DNA from: Candidatus Saccharimonadales bacterium
GTDB lineage: Bacteria > Patescibacteriota > Saccharimonadia > Saccharimonadales > UBA10212
Reading direction: 5' to 3'
Assembly (NCBI GenBank): GCA_025450575.1
Contig: JANWHE010000009.1
Location: 1-52,666 of the forward strand
DNA length: 52,666 nucleotides
Made by a program: the position numbers and the translations under genes. Under the pieces are notes generated by a model that was given only the letters and a program-made list of their open reading frames with translations, did not search any database and was not told the DNA's origin. Each line of letters begins with the position of its first letter. Position 1 is the first letter of the stretch. Shown one piece after another: positions 1 to 9,854 of this stretch.

Positions 1-1
1 G

Positions 2-283
2 ATACTCCGGGAATACTGGGCCTGTCCGGTAGTAGCCTATACCTATGAAGAACAGACGCGGGTGGGAGTGCTGCCGGGCGGTATTTTTAATCTGGATATG
101 CCGATTGATTCAATGTACTATACGGCAGCTATCAGGATGGGCCGCAATGATGTCGGGGCCGGGATAGGCGCCTGGCTGCCGGAAGAGAAAGTGCTGCTGA
201 AACCACGCGACGCCGTCATAAGAGCCCAAAATGTCCCCATATCGGAATTAGGGGAGCGTTTCCCCGACGCTCCCTTGGTGTAA
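2..283 (+). CDS. Hypothetical protein, 5'-truncated by the window edge
   Basis: The frame of ORF 62..283 stays open back to base 2 (ILREYWACPVVAYTYEEQTRVGVLPGG...). No family recognised. Confidence 0.5.
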   Translation: MLREYWACPVVAYTYEEQTRVGVLPGGIFNLDMPIDSMYYTAAIRMGRNDVGAGIGAWLPEEKVLLKPRDAVIRAQNVPISELGERFPDAPLV

Positions 284-315
284 GCAGTCAGATTCGGCTA
301 TACTTATATCCATAA

Positions 316-606
316 ATGAGTAAATTGTCGCGCGACGATGTCTTAAAATTGGCTGCTTTGAGCAAGCTTACTCTCAGTGATGACGAAGTTGAGAAACTGC
401 GCGGCGAGCTGTCGGAAATTTTAAACTACGTGGAGATTCTTAACCAGGTCGACGTCGAAGGCCTGCAGCCGACATACCAGGTAACCGGTTTACAGAACGT
501 TACCCGGCCCGATGAGCCGCGCGACTACGGCTATAAGCCCGAGGACCTTCTAAAAAACGCGCCGGCAGTCCAGGACAACCAGTTCAAAGTGAAGAGGGTG
601 CTGTAA
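316..606 (+). CDS. gatC: Asp-tRNA(Asn)/Glu-tRNA(Gln) amidotransferase subunit C
   Basis: 96 aa, MSKLSRDDVLKLAALSKL...ILNYVEIL...NAP...FKVKRVL pattern; overlaps the gatA start (TAATG). Confidence 0.95.
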   Translation: MSKLSRDDVLKLAALSKLTLSDDEVEKLRGELSEILNYVEILNQVDVEGLQPTYQVTGLQNVTRPDEPRDYGYKPEDLLKNAPAVQDNQFKVKRVL

Positions 607-2012
607 TGGACTGGCTGCCGATAGCCGATATCGCCGGGAAAGTTCAGAACGGTGAATTAAAGGCCGTCGAGCTTGTCCGCAAATCCCTGGCGGCCATAGA
701 AGAGAATAAAAACCATGACGCGATTATCTCGACCATGGAGGCGCGGGCTTTAGAGCGGGCCGGCCAGATAGATGAATCGCCGACTGGCCGGCTGGCCGGC
801 GTACCGTTTATCACGAAAGATAATTTTTTGACGTTCGGCGGCAAGACCACGGCCGCCAGCAATATTCTGCGGCCGTTCGAGGCGCCCTACCAGGCGACGG
901 CCATCGAAAGATTGGAGGCCGAAGGCGCCATCTGTGTCGCCAAAGCTAACCTGGACGCTTTCGCCCACGGTTCCAGCACCGAGAATTCCGATTGGTTCGT
1001 AACTAAACATCCGGCAGACCCTTCCCGGGTGCCAGGCGGCAGTTCCGGCGGCTCGGCCGCCGCCGTGGCTTTGCGTATGGCGCCCTTCGCGCTGGGGACC
1101 GATACCGGCGGCTCGATCCGCCTACCGGCCAGTTTCTGCGGGGTCGTCGGCTATAAGCCGACTTACGGGCTGGTCAGCCGCAGCGGGGTCATCGCTATGG
1201 CCAGCAGCACCGATGTGATTGGCCCGCTGGCCCGGTCCGTCGATGACGCCGCTCTGGTGTTAGACGTCATGAGCGGCAAAGACGAATTAGATAGCACCAC
1301 AATTGATCGTGACGAAAAGCCTTATAGCGGGGCGCAGGAAGAGATAGCCGGCAAGAAAATCGGCGTCATCAGAGAATATCTGGCCCAAGGCTTGCAGCCA
1401 GGCGTGGAAAAAATAGTCAGAGAATCGATTGATAAGCTTAAGTCCGCCGGAGCGACCGTAGAGGAGGTCAGCTTGCCCAGCCTGCCGCTGGCGTTGGCGG
1501 TCTACTATATAGTCTGTCCGGCCGAAGTCAGCAGCAACCTGAGCCGTTATGACGGACAACGCTATGGCTACAGCTCACCGGACGCCAAAGATTTGGATGA
1601 CAGCTACGAACTCAGCCGCCAGCAAGGTTTTGGCGCCGAAGCCAAACGCCGCATCATGATCGGAACTCACGTATTATCCAGCGGTTACTACGATGCTTAT
1701 TATAAAAAGGCTCAGACAGTCCGTACTAAGATTATTAACGAGTTCGAGGAGGCTTTCGCGAAGTACGATTTTTTGGTCGGGCCCGTGGCGCCGATGACGG
1801 CGTTCAAGATTGGCGAGAGATCCGGCGATCCGCTGCAGATGTATCTGACGGATATCATGACGGTGGCCGCCAATATGTCGGGCAACCCAGCAATAAGCGT
1901 GCCGGCCGGAGAGGCCGAGGGGCTGCCGGTCGGTTTTCAAATTGTCGGCCCGCTGCGCGGCGACCGCCAATTGCTAGGTATAGCTAGAAAATTCGAGGCT
2001 ATAAGAACATGA
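606..2012 (+). CDS. gatA: Amidotransferase subunit A (amidase)
   Basis: Amidase signature GGSSGGSAAAVA and LGTDTGGSIRLPASFCG; SSNLSRYDG; SGYYDAYY. Confidence 0.97.
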   Translation: MDWLPIADIAGKVQNGELKAVELVRKSLAAIEENKNHDAIISTMEARALERAGQIDESPTGRLAGVPFITKDNFLTFGGKTTAASNILRPFEAPYQATAIERLEAEGAICVAKANLDAFAHGSSTENSDWFVTKHPADPSRVPGGSSGGSAAAVALRMAPFALGTDTGGSIRLPASFCGVVGYKPTYGLVSRSGVIAMASSTDVIGPLARSVDDAALVLDVMSGKDELDSTTIDRDEKPYSGAQEEIAGKKIGVIREYLAQGLQPGVEKIVRESIDKLKSAGATVEEVSLPSLPLALAVYYIVCPAEVSSNLSRYDGQRYGYSSPDAKDLDDSYELSRQQGFGAEAKRRIMIGTHVLSSGYYDAYYKKAQTVRTKIINEFEEAFAKYDFLVGPVAPMTAFKIGERSGDPLQMYLTDIMTVAANMSGNPAISVPAGEAEGLPVGFQIVGPLRGDRQLLGIARKFEAIRT

Positions 2013-2413
2013 CATTCTTTTTACTTGGCGTCATCATATTCGGAGTGGCGGCACTGGCGGTAGTCAGCCGTCTGGCTAAGAGCCGCGCCAAAACCTTAGA
2101 CCAGCAATACTTCCAGGGCCAATGGATGGAACTTTTAGCCCGTGTCAAGACTCCGGAGGGTATGATGCTGGCGGTTATCGACGCCGATAAGCTGTTGGAC
2201 GAAGCCCTTAAACGCCGCCGCTTGAAGGGCAAGACTATGGGCGAACGGCTGGTTTCGGCCCAGCGCCTGATAAGCGACAATGACGCCGTTTGGTACGCCC
2301 ATAAATTGCGCAACCGCTTGGTCCACGAACCTAATGTCCGCTTGAAAAAGAAAGAGGCCCGTAACGCCCTCGAGGGCTTTAGGCAGGGGCTTAGAGACCT
2401 AGGAGCTTTTTAA
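2009..2413 (+). CDS. Membrane-anchored protein with HEPN-like (DUF4145-like) Rx4H motif
   Basis: N-terminal hydrophobic helix (FFLLGVIIFGVAALAVV), helical body and LRNRLVHE motif. ATGA overlap with gatA; TAA abuts the gatB ATG. Confidence 0.7.
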   Translation: MTFFLLGVIIFGVAALAVVSRLAKSRAKTLDQQYFQGQWMELLARVKTPEGMMLAVIDADKLLDEALKRRRLKGKTMGERLVSAQRLISDNDAVWYAHKLRNRLVHEPNVRLKKKEARNALEGFRQGLRDLGAF

Positions 2414-3862
2414 ATGCCCATTAGCGAAGATATCCGCCGCAAGTATACACCGACCATCGGTATCGAGTGCCATGTCCAGCTGAAAACCAAGACTAAATTA
2501 TTCTCGGCGGCCGGTAATGACGCCCGGGCGGCCGCGCCTAATACGCTGATCAGCCATATCGATACTGCGATGCCCGGCGCTTTGCCGGTGCTGAACGAAA
2601 AAGCTCTGGAGTTAGCCATCCGGGCGGCCTTCGCCCTGAATACCCGGCCGCAGCGGCACAGCTATTTTGAGCGCAAACATTATTTTTATCCCGATTCGCC
2701 GGCTGGCTACCAGATCAGCCAGCTGCACTCGCCGATAATCGTCGACGGCTCCGTGGAGATTACTACCGAAGGCCAGAAAAAATCGATAAGTATCAACCGC
2801 GTCCAGCTGGAGGCTGACGCCGGCAAGACCACCCATCCGGCCGGCGCCGATTATTCGTTGGTAGATTTAAACCGGGCGGGCACGCCACTCTTAGAGATAG
2901 TCAGCGAACCGCAGATCCATAGCCCGGCCGAAGCCAAAGCTTACACCCGGGAGCTTTATCTATTGATGAAATATGCGGATGTCAGCGACGTCGATCTGTA
3001 CCACGGCAATATGCGCTTTGACATCAACATCAGCGTCAGCCCTCAAGCCGATGTTCTGGGAAAGCGCACCGAAGTCAAGAACCTCAACAGTTTCCGAAGC
3101 GTGGAGAACGCCGTGACTCACGAAATAGACCGCCAGATAGAGTTGCTCGAAAAAGGCCGGCCGCCCGAGCAGGAAACCCGCGGCTGGGACGAGGCTAAAC
3201 AAAAGACCGTCCCGCAGCGCCTAAAAGAAGAAGCCCAAGACTACCGCTACATGCCCGAACCGGACATCCCGCCGATTGAACTTGATGATGAATATATCGA
3301 AAAAATCAAATCCAAGATGCCGAAACTGCCGTCAGAGATTCGAGAAATACTTAACAAGTTAAGTATTTCAGACAATGTGGTTGAAGGTGTTTTAGACAAT
3401 GACTCTATCTGCCGGTCGGTAATGGCCCAGATTGATAAAGCCGACGAGATCAGTGCCAAGCGGCTAGTTTTTTGGTTGTTGCAGTCTCAGCGCAAGAACG
3501 AAGATAGAGACTTATCCGACTACGATTTAAACCAAGCTTCCATCATTAAGCTTTCGGCGATGGTCGACGCCGGTCAGCTTAATTCCAACGCCGCCCAGGC
3601 AGTCTTCGATGAGATGATGAACAGTCCGACGGGTCCCGAAGAAATCGCTATCGCTAAAAATTTGATGCAGGTATCGGACGACGCGGAAATTGAAAAAATC
3701 GTAACCGCAGTCTTAGAGAAGAATCCGGCGGCCGCCGAAGACGTTAAGAACGGTGAGCTGAAAGCCATCGGCTTCTTAGTCGGGCAGGTGATGGCCGCCA
3801 GCCAGGGCCAAGCCAATCCGCAAGTCGCCCAGAAGCTAATCAAACAGCAGCTAGGACTGTAA
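2414..3862 (+). CDS. gatB: Amidotransferase subunit B
   Basis: IGIECHVQL, RKHYFYPD, DLNRAGTPLLEIVSEP, EVKNLNSFR, DYRYMPEPD, and a C-terminal YqeY-like GFLVGQVM. Confidence 0.97.
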   Translation: MPISEDIRRKYTPTIGIECHVQLKTKTKLFSAAGNDARAAAPNTLISHIDTAMPGALPVLNEKALELAIRAAFALNTRPQRHSYFERKHYFYPDSPAGYQISQLHSPIIVDGSVEITTEGQKKSISINRVQLEADAGKTTHPAGADYSLVDLNRAGTPLLEIVSEPQIHSPAEAKAYTRELYLLMKYADVSDVDLYHGNMRFDINISVSPQADVLGKRTEVKNLNSFRSVENAVTHEIDRQIELLEKGRPPEQETRGWDEAKQKTVPQRLKEEAQDYRYMPEPDIPPIELDDEYIEKIKSKMPKLPSEIREILNKLSISDNVVEGVLDNDSICRSVMAQIDKADEISAKRLVFWLLQSQRKNEDRDLSDYDLNQASIIKLSAMVDAGQLNSNAAQAVFDEMMNSPTGPEEIAIAKNLMQVSDDAEIEKIVTAVLEKNPAAAEDVKNGELKAIGFLVGQVMAASQGQANPQVAQKLIKQQLGL

Positions 3863-3913
3863 AATAAGTAACATATTTGCTGAGCAAGCCATTGTAGGCT
3901 TATACTGCAGATT

Positions 3914-4174
3914 ATGAATACAGCCTCAGAAATACTCGTCATCATCGTCAGTTCGGTTCTGGCTATCTTTTTAATAGTGTTGATTATAGTTTTGATCCAA
4001 GCTTCTAAACTCATCAAGCAAGTTAAGCGAGTCACGGTCCGCGCCGAGAACGTGGCGGATTCCATGGAGGCCGCGGCTTCGGCCTTTGAACGCACGGCCT
4101 CACCGATAGCGATCATAAAAATCATCGGCAACATAATCGACCAAACCACCAGGTCTCGTAAAAGAAAGGGATAA
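3914..4174 (+). CDS. Small membrane protein, DUF948/YtxG-like
   Basis: One long N-terminal TM helix followed by a short coiled coil; paired with a YtxH-like gene. Confidence 0.55.
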   Translation: MNTASEILVIIVSSVLAIFLIVLIIVLIQASKLIKQVKRVTVRAENVADSMEAAASAFERTASPIAIIKIIGNIIDQTTRSRKRKG

Positions 4175-4177
4175 ACC

Positions 4178-4594
4178 ATGGTTTTAAGACGCAAAGAGCA
4201 TATCGGAAGAAAAGTAGCCATCGGTTCGGCTATCGCCGGAGCGGCCGGTTATCTGGCCGGCATCTTGACGGCGCCTAAAGCCGGCAAGCAGACTCGCCAA
4301 GTCATCGCCGACAAGGCCGACGACTTAAAGAACGATACCGAAGGCCAGCTGCAGGAGCTGAACACCGAGCTGAAAGAGCTTATTAAAACGACCAAGGTCA
4401 AGACCGTGGCCTTGAGTTCCAGCGCCCGGGCCGAATTCAACGAAGCCGTAGTTAAAGCCAAAGACGCCCAGAATAAATCAACTCAGGTCTTAAAAGCCGC
4501 CAAAGCCGGCGAAGCCAGTGATCCGGACTTAAACAAGGCGGTCAAACAAGCCCGGATGGCCATCAAGAATCTCGGCAAGTTCTTCAAGAATTAA
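4178..4594 (+). CDS. YtxH-domain protein
   Basis: AIAGAAGYLAGILTAPKAGKQTRQ matches the YtxH G-rich helix plus APKSGKETR motif, followed by a helical tail. Confidence 0.8.
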   Translation: MVLRRKEHIGRKVAIGSAIAGAAGYLAGILTAPKAGKQTRQVIADKADDLKNDTEGQLQELNTELKELIKTTKVKTVALSSSARAEFNEAVVKAKDAQNKSTQVLKAAKAGEASDPDLNKAVKQARMAIKNLGKFFKN

Positions 4595-4615
4595 ATCGTC
4601 AAATTTTACTACATG

Positions 4616-4639
4616 GACCGGCCCTTCGGGCCGGTCTTT
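4616..4639 (+). terminator. Probable intrinsic terminator hairpin after the YtxH gene
   Basis: GACCGGCCC-TTC-GGGCCGGTC perfect 9-bp stem followed by a short T run (TTT). Confidence 0.6.
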
Positions 4640-4656
4640 AAGTTATAATAAAGCTA

Positions 4657-7600
4657 ATGAAAAGTCCGGGGGAGACGCTGAAGCCTAAGGATTATGTGCA
4701 TCTGCATAATCATACGCAGTATTCGCTTTTGGACGGCCTGACCAAAGTCCCGGCCCTAGTGGACCGGGTGAAAAAGCTCGGCATGGACGCGGTTGCCGTC
4801 ACCGACCATGGAACCATGAGCGCCACCATAGAATTCTATAAAGCCGCCAGGGAGACCGGCATCAAGCCGATCATCGGCATGGAAGCCTACGTGGCGCCGC
4901 GTTCGCTCCAAGACAAGGACCCGGCTAAGGACCGTCAGTACTACCACTTGACCTTGCTGGCCATGAACAACCAGGGCTATCAGAATCTGATGCGGCTATC
5001 GACAATCGCCAATCTGGATGGATTTTATTATCGCCCAAGGATCGACCACGAACTGTTGGAGAAATATAATGAGGGCCTGATAGTCCTCAGCGGCTGTATC
5101 GGTGGTGAAGTCAGCGACGCTTTGCGCCAGGACCAGTACGACCAGGCTAAAAAGGCGGCCCAGTGGTATAAGTCCGTGTTTGGCGAGCGTTATTATGTCG
5201 AGCTGATGGACCATGGGCACCCCGAACACAGCGTCGTCTGGGAAGAGCAGCAGCGGGTAAACGAAGGTTTGCTCAAACTGGCCGCGGAACTGAAGCTCCC
5301 GGCGGTCGTGACCTGCGACGCGCACTACCTGCTGGAAGAAGACCAGGAGGCCCACGAGATTCTATTATGTGTCCAGACCGGCTCATTCTTATCGGACGAA
5401 ACGCGGTTTTCGCTCAAGGATTTCCATCTGCATGTCGAGGATCCGAAGGAAATAATCAAGCGCTGGGGCAAGGCTCACCCTGATCTTATTAAGAACACCA
5501 GAAAGATCGCCGATTTGTGCGAGGTGGATATCGAACTGGACAAGATTCTGATTCCTAAGTTTCCGACGCCCAAAGGCCGCGGTGAAAAGTCTTACTTGGA
5601 ACTGTTGGTCTGGCAAGGCCTGGCTTGGCGGTACGCCGGATTCCAGCGCCGGGACCTCGGCGGCCTGAGCATCGATGAGGCCAAAAAAACGCTCAGCCCG
5701 GAAATCATCAGCCGCGCGGAATACGAACTGGATGTCGTGAACCGGATGGGCTTTAACGGATATTTTCTGATAGTCCAGGACTTTATAAACTGGGGTAAAG
5801 ACCAGGGTATCGTTTTCGGCCCGGGCCGCGGCAGCGCCGCCAGTTCGATTCTGGCGTACGCGCTGAGAATCACCGAAATCGATCCGCTGGCGTATGATTT
5901 GCTGTTCGAAAGATTCTTGAACCCGGACCGCATCAGTATGCCCGATATGGATATCGATATCCAGGATTCCCGCCGTGACGAGGTCATAGAGTACTGCATC
6001 GAAAAATACGGGCGCGACCGGGTAGCCAATATCGTGACTTTCGGCCGGATGGCGGCCCGCAACTCGGTGCGTGATGTCGCCCGCGTCCTGCAGGTGCCCT
6101 ACGCCGACGCCGATCGGCTGGCTAAGATGATTCCGCCGCCGGTCCAAGGCCGCCATATCCCGCTGGCCAAATCGCTGAAGGAAATCGACGAGCTGAGAGT
6201 CGAAAACGCCAATAACGAGCAATCGCGGCGGGTGTTCGATCTGGCGGTCAGGCTGGAAGGCACTATCCGGAGCCATGGCGTCCACGCCGCCGGCGTGGTC
6301 ATCGCCCCCGATGAAATCGTCAACTACACGCCGCTGGAAATGGCCCAAAAAGGGGTTATCGCCACCCAGTATTCGATGAATCCGATCGAAGAACTGGGTC
6401 TTTTAAAAATGGACTTCCTGGGTCTGTCCAATCTGACAATCATTAAGAATGCGCTGCGTATCATCAAAAAAGTACATGGAGAAGACCTGGATATCAGCCA
6501 GATCCCGCTGGATGATAAGAAAACCTTCGAGCTGTTGCAGAAGGCCGAGACAACCGGTGTTTTCCAGCTGGAGTCGTCTGGCATGAAGCGTTATCTAAAA
6601 CAGCTCAGACCGACGGACTTCGAGGATATCATCGCTATGGTCGCGCTTTACCGGCCGGGGCCGATGCAGTGGATCGATGACTTCATCGCCCGCAAGCATG
6701 GCTTGAAGAAAATCGAATATATCCATCCAGTCATGAAAACCGCTCTGGAAAACACTTACGGCGTGATCGTCTACCAGGAACAGGTCATGCAGATCAGTAA
6801 AGACCTTTGCGGTTTCAGCGGCGGCCAAGCCGACACTTTGCGCAAAGGTATCGCCAAAAAAATCCCATCGGTTCTGGCTAAGATGAAGAAAGAATTCATC
6901 GACGGCGCCGTCCAGCACTCCGGAGCCGATCGCCGTAGCATGGAAAAATTCTGGGGACAACTGGAAGACTTCGCGGCTTACTGTTTCAATAAGGTGCATT
7001 CGGCCTGCTACGGCCTGATCGCCTATCAGACGGCTTACCTTAAAGCCCATTACCCGGACGCCTTCATGGCGGCGCTGATGACCAGCGATTATGACAATAC
7101 CGATCGCCTGGCTATTGAGATCACCGAGTGCAAGCATATGGGCATAGAGGTCCAGCCGCCGGATATCAATGAATCGTTCCACGAGTTCGGCGTGGTGGCT
7201 GGCAAGCAGCAGATCCGCTACGGATTGGATGCCATCAAAAATGTCGGCCACGGCGCCGCCGAGGAAATCCTGCGGGCCAGACAAGAGGCTGGCGGCCGGA
7301 TAAACGATCTCAGCCAATACTGCCAGTTGGTTAACTGCCGGGTCGTCAATCGCAAAGCTCTGGAAAGCCTGGTCAAGGCTGGAGCCTTCGATAGCTTCGG
7401 CGACCGCAGCCTGCTGGTCAACAACATCGATAACATCCTGTCTTTGTCGCAGAAACTGCAGAAAGATTCCGCCAGCGGCCAGGTGGATCTGTTCGGCGAT
7501 TCGCCGGCCAGCCACATGAGCCCAAAGCTGACACTGGAAACCGGCGCCCCAGGACACACTCTGCCGGAACAGCTAAACTGGGAGCGCGAATTGCTCGGTC

Positions 7601-8223
7601 TGTACCTCAGCCATAACCCTCTGGAAAGCTATAGCAAGATTTTAAATTCACTGGCCAAGCCGATTATCTCGATTACCAAAGAGCTGGATGGCCGGACAGT
7701 GACGGTCGGCGGATCAATATCGCAGCTGCGCGAAATTTCCACCAAGAATGGTTCCAAGATGGCCTTCGCCAGGCTAGCCGATACTACCGGCGAGCTGGAA
7801 CTGATCATCTTCCCTAAAACCTATGCCGCGTCCCCCGAGCATTGGCAACGTGATAATATCATCATCGCCAAAGGCCGGGTCGATTTCAGCCGCAGCGACG
7901 AGCCGAAAGTCTTAGTCGAAGAAGCTAAACTGATCAGCGAAGATGACGCTCAGAGTTTCCGGTCGGGGGGCTACGGCGGCGAAGCCGTTCTTTCCGAGAG
8001 CATCAAACAGCGTCTATATATAAGGCTGGAAGATAGTGGCAACCAGCCGCTGCTGCTGACGCTCAAAGAGAAACTGGATGGTCATCGGGGGGATACGGAG
8101 GTGGTTTTAGTCACCGGCGCCCAAAAACAGATAATCAAATTACCGCAGACGATCAATATCAACGAGGAAAGCCTGCGCGAGCTGGCCGGACTGTTCGGCT
8201 CCACCAACGTAGTAGTCCGTTAA
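4657..8223 (+). CDS. dnaE: DNA polymerase III alpha subunit
   Basis: PHP domain HLHNHTQYSLLDG and TDHG; GPGRGSAA; RISMPDMDID; LKMDFLGL; C-terminal OB fold (KNGSKMAF). Confidence 0.98.
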   Translation: MKSPGETLKPKDYVHLHNHTQYSLLDGLTKVPALVDRVKKLGMDAVAVTDHGTMSATIEFYKAARETGIKPIIGMEAYVAPRSLQDKDPAKDRQYYHLTLLAMNNQGYQNLMRLSTIANLDGFYYRPRIDHELLEKYNEGLIVLSGCIGGEVSDALRQDQYDQAKKAAQWYKSVFGERYYVELMDHGHPEHSVVWEEQQRVNEGLLKLAAELKLPAVVTCDAHYLLEEDQEAHEILLCVQTGSFLSDETRFSLKDFHLHVEDPKEIIKRWGKAHPDLIKNTRKIADLCEVDIELDKILIPKFPTPKGRGEKSYLELLVWQGLAWRYAGFQRRDLGGLSIDEAKKTLSPEIISRAEYELDVVNRMGFNGYFLIVQDFINWGKDQGIVFGPGRGSAASSILAYALRITEIDPLAYDLLFERFLNPDRISMPDMDIDIQDSRRDEVIEYCIEKYGRDRVANIVTFGRMAARNSVRDVARVLQVPYADADRLAKMIPPPVQGRHIPLAKSLKEIDELRVENANNEQSRRVFDLAVRLEGTIRSHGVHAAGVVIAPDEIVNYTPLEMAQKGVIATQYSMNPIEELGLLKMDFLGLSNLTIIKNALRIIKKVHGEDLDISQIPLDDKKTFELLQKAETTGVFQLESSGMKRYLKQLRPTDFEDIIAMVALYRPGPMQWIDDFIARKHGLKKIEYIHPVMKTALENTYGVIVYQEQVMQISKDLCGFSGGQADTLRKGIAKKIPSVLAKMKKEFIDGAVQHSGADRRSMEKFWGQLEDFAAYCFNKVHSACYGLIAYQTAYLKAHYPDAFMAALMTSDYDNTDRLAIEITECKHMGIEVQPPDINESFHEFGVVAGKQQIRYGLDAIKNVGHGAAEEILRARQEAGGRINDLSQYCQLVNCRVVNRKALESLVKAGAFDSFGDRSLLVNNIDNILSLSQKLQKDSASGQVDLFGDSPASHMSPKLTLETGAPGHTLPEQLNWERELLGLYLSHNPLESYSKILNSLAKPIISITKELDGRTVTVGGSISQLREISTKNGSKMAFARLADTTGELELIIFPKTYAASPEHWQRDNIIIAKGRVDFSRSDEPKVLVEEAKLISEDDAQSFRSGGYGGEAVLSESIKQRLYIRLEDSGNQPLLLTLKEKLDGHRGDTEVVLVTGAQKQIIKLPQTININEESLRELAGLFGSTNVVVR

Positions 8224-9243
8224 CTATTGGGTCAGGCCGGCGGTCTGGCTTAAGATGAACAGCAAGCTGGCGATTATTAAAAGTCCGAGATCCGTCAGCG
8301 GATGGCGGATAGCATAGCGCTCGCCTTTTAGCAGATATCGATGAAGAGCCCTGGCGTGGCGCCGGGTCCAGAGCGCGCCGATGATCAGGGCGGCCATAAC
8401 CGAGCCTGCCGTCAAGACGCCGGTCGAAGTCGAGTCGCCGAGCACTAACTGGATACGCGAAGATTTTACCGGCGGGGTTAAGGATGTCCGGGGAGTAATG
8501 GTGGTAGCGGGCTGGGGTTTGGCTTCCGCAGCTGCGGAGGTCGGGGTAGGAGTCGCCGGCTGGCTGCTAGCGACCGGATTGGGTGCGGAAGGCTGGCTGG
8601 CAGCCGGCAGCGGAGCGGTAGTAGCAGCCGCCAGAACTTGGGGTTGGCCATAAAAAGCCACCACTACGGTCATCGGGCCGCCGCCGGCCGCGGTGTAATC
8701 TGGAACATTGGCATAGCCGAAGCCGACTTCTTTATATTCCGGGTCCAGCAGGTTTTCGCGGTGCGGCGGGCTGGCCATCCAGCCGTCGATAGTCGATTGT
8801 TCGTCATTAAAGCCGGTCGCCAGGTTCTGTCCCAGCTTTTGATAAGAATAACCTTGGTTTGTGACCCATATCCACGGGGGATTACCGTCCGGGGTATAGT
8901 GGCTCCAGTAGTCGCGCGCGGCCATGTCATCAGCGTTGGCTTGGGCCGCGGCATCCAGTTTATTATTAAGGCTTAGCGAGGCTACGCCGTTAGCGCTGCG
9001 CGAAGCGTTGGTGTCGGCCAGCAGGCTGCCGATAGTCATGCTGGTGGCGTAGGCCAGGACCCGTCCGCCGGGGTGTTTGGCGTAGGCGGCCAGACTGCCG
9101 CTTTGGATGCAGACCGACAACAGGACGCCGATTATCAGAATAATCGGCAGATACGGCCAATAGACTTTCTCGAACGCCCGTTTGTGGACGTTCTGAGGCT
9201 TGGTCTTGTGGCTGTCGGAATTCCGGTTTTTTATTTTGGCCAT
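8224..9243 (-). CDS. CAP (SCP/YkwD-like) domain membrane protein
   Basis: N-terminal TM; LNNKLDAAAQ..ADDMAARDYWSH, GQNLA, WMASPPHRENLL; Pro/Ala/Thr linker; two C-terminal TM helices. Confidence 0.85.
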   Translation of the reverse strand: MAKIKNRNSDSHKTKPQNVHKRAFEKVYWPYLPIILIIGVLLSVCIQSGSLAAYAKHPGGRVLAYATSMTIGSLLADTNASRSANGVASLSLNNKLDAAAQANADDMAARDYWSHYTPDGNPPWIWVTNQGYSYQKLGQNLATGFNDEQSTIDGWMASPPHRENLLDPEYKEVGFGYANVPDYTAAGGGPMTVVVAFYGQPQVLAAATTAPLPAASQPSAPNPVASSQPATPTPTSAAAEAKPQPATTITPRTSLTPPVKSSRIQLVLGDSTSTGVLTAGSVMAALIIGALWTRRHARALHRYLLKGERYAIRHPLTDLGLLIIASLLFILSQTAGLTQ

Positions 9244-9290
9244 TTTATAAGTGATATTTTAACCTTAACCGATATACCTGTCCAGGAAGG

Positions 9291-9785
9291 CTAGCTGAGT
9301 TGCAGGTGATATAGGGCGATGGCGGCGGCTACCGCCACGTTGAATGATTCCTTGCGGCCGGCCATCGGGATGGCGATGGCCTCGTCGCTGATTCTTAGAA
9401 TGTCCTCTGGGATTCCGTCCACTTCATTTCCGACTATCAAGGCGATATCGTTCTGGGCGGCGTAAGTCCGCAGATCGGCCGCTGCCGGTGTCTGTTCCAG
9501 CGCGGCTACCGTAAAGCCGGCGGCCTTCAATTCGGCGATAAGGCTCTTGATGTCGGGCGCATAATCCCACTTGACCGACCGCTCGGCGCCCAGCGCCGTT
9601 TTATGGATTTGCCGGGCAAGCTTACTTACGACGTGCGGCAGGCGGGAATCATCTTTTTTGGCGGGGTAGGGCGAGTAACCGGTCAGATAGACCTTATCGA
9701 TCCCTAGCCCCTCGGCCGTCCGCAGCAGGCTGCCAACATTATGGGCCGAGCGGATATCGTGAGCCACCAAAACTAACCGTCGCAT
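9291..9785 (-). CDS. SpoU/TrmH-family (SPOUT) RNA methyltransferase
   Basis: DIRSAHNVGSLLRTAE, LIVGNEVDGI and IPMAGRKESFNVAVAAAIALY correspond to SPOUT motifs 1-3. Confidence 0.92.
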   Translation of the reverse strand: MRRLVLVAHDIRSAHNVGSLLRTAEGLGIDKVYLTGYSPYPAKKDDSRLPHVVSKLARQIHKTALGAERSVKWDYAPDIKSLIAELKAAGFTVAALEQTPAAADLRTYAAQNDIALIVGNEVDGIPEDILRISDEAIAIPMAGRKESFNVAVAAAIALYHLQLS

Positions 9786-9854
9786 ACCAGCAGTTTAGGT
9801 GTTAGCCGAACGGATGTCTACCTCTTAGTAGCCGCTTATGTTTTAATTAGTGAT

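Noticed and set aside
5389-7557. Long minus-strand ORFs (319 and 320 aa) within dnaE
   Set aside because: Antisense shadows produced by GC-biased codon usage. Similar ones occur opposite clpC, tig, rpoB, rpoC and fusA.
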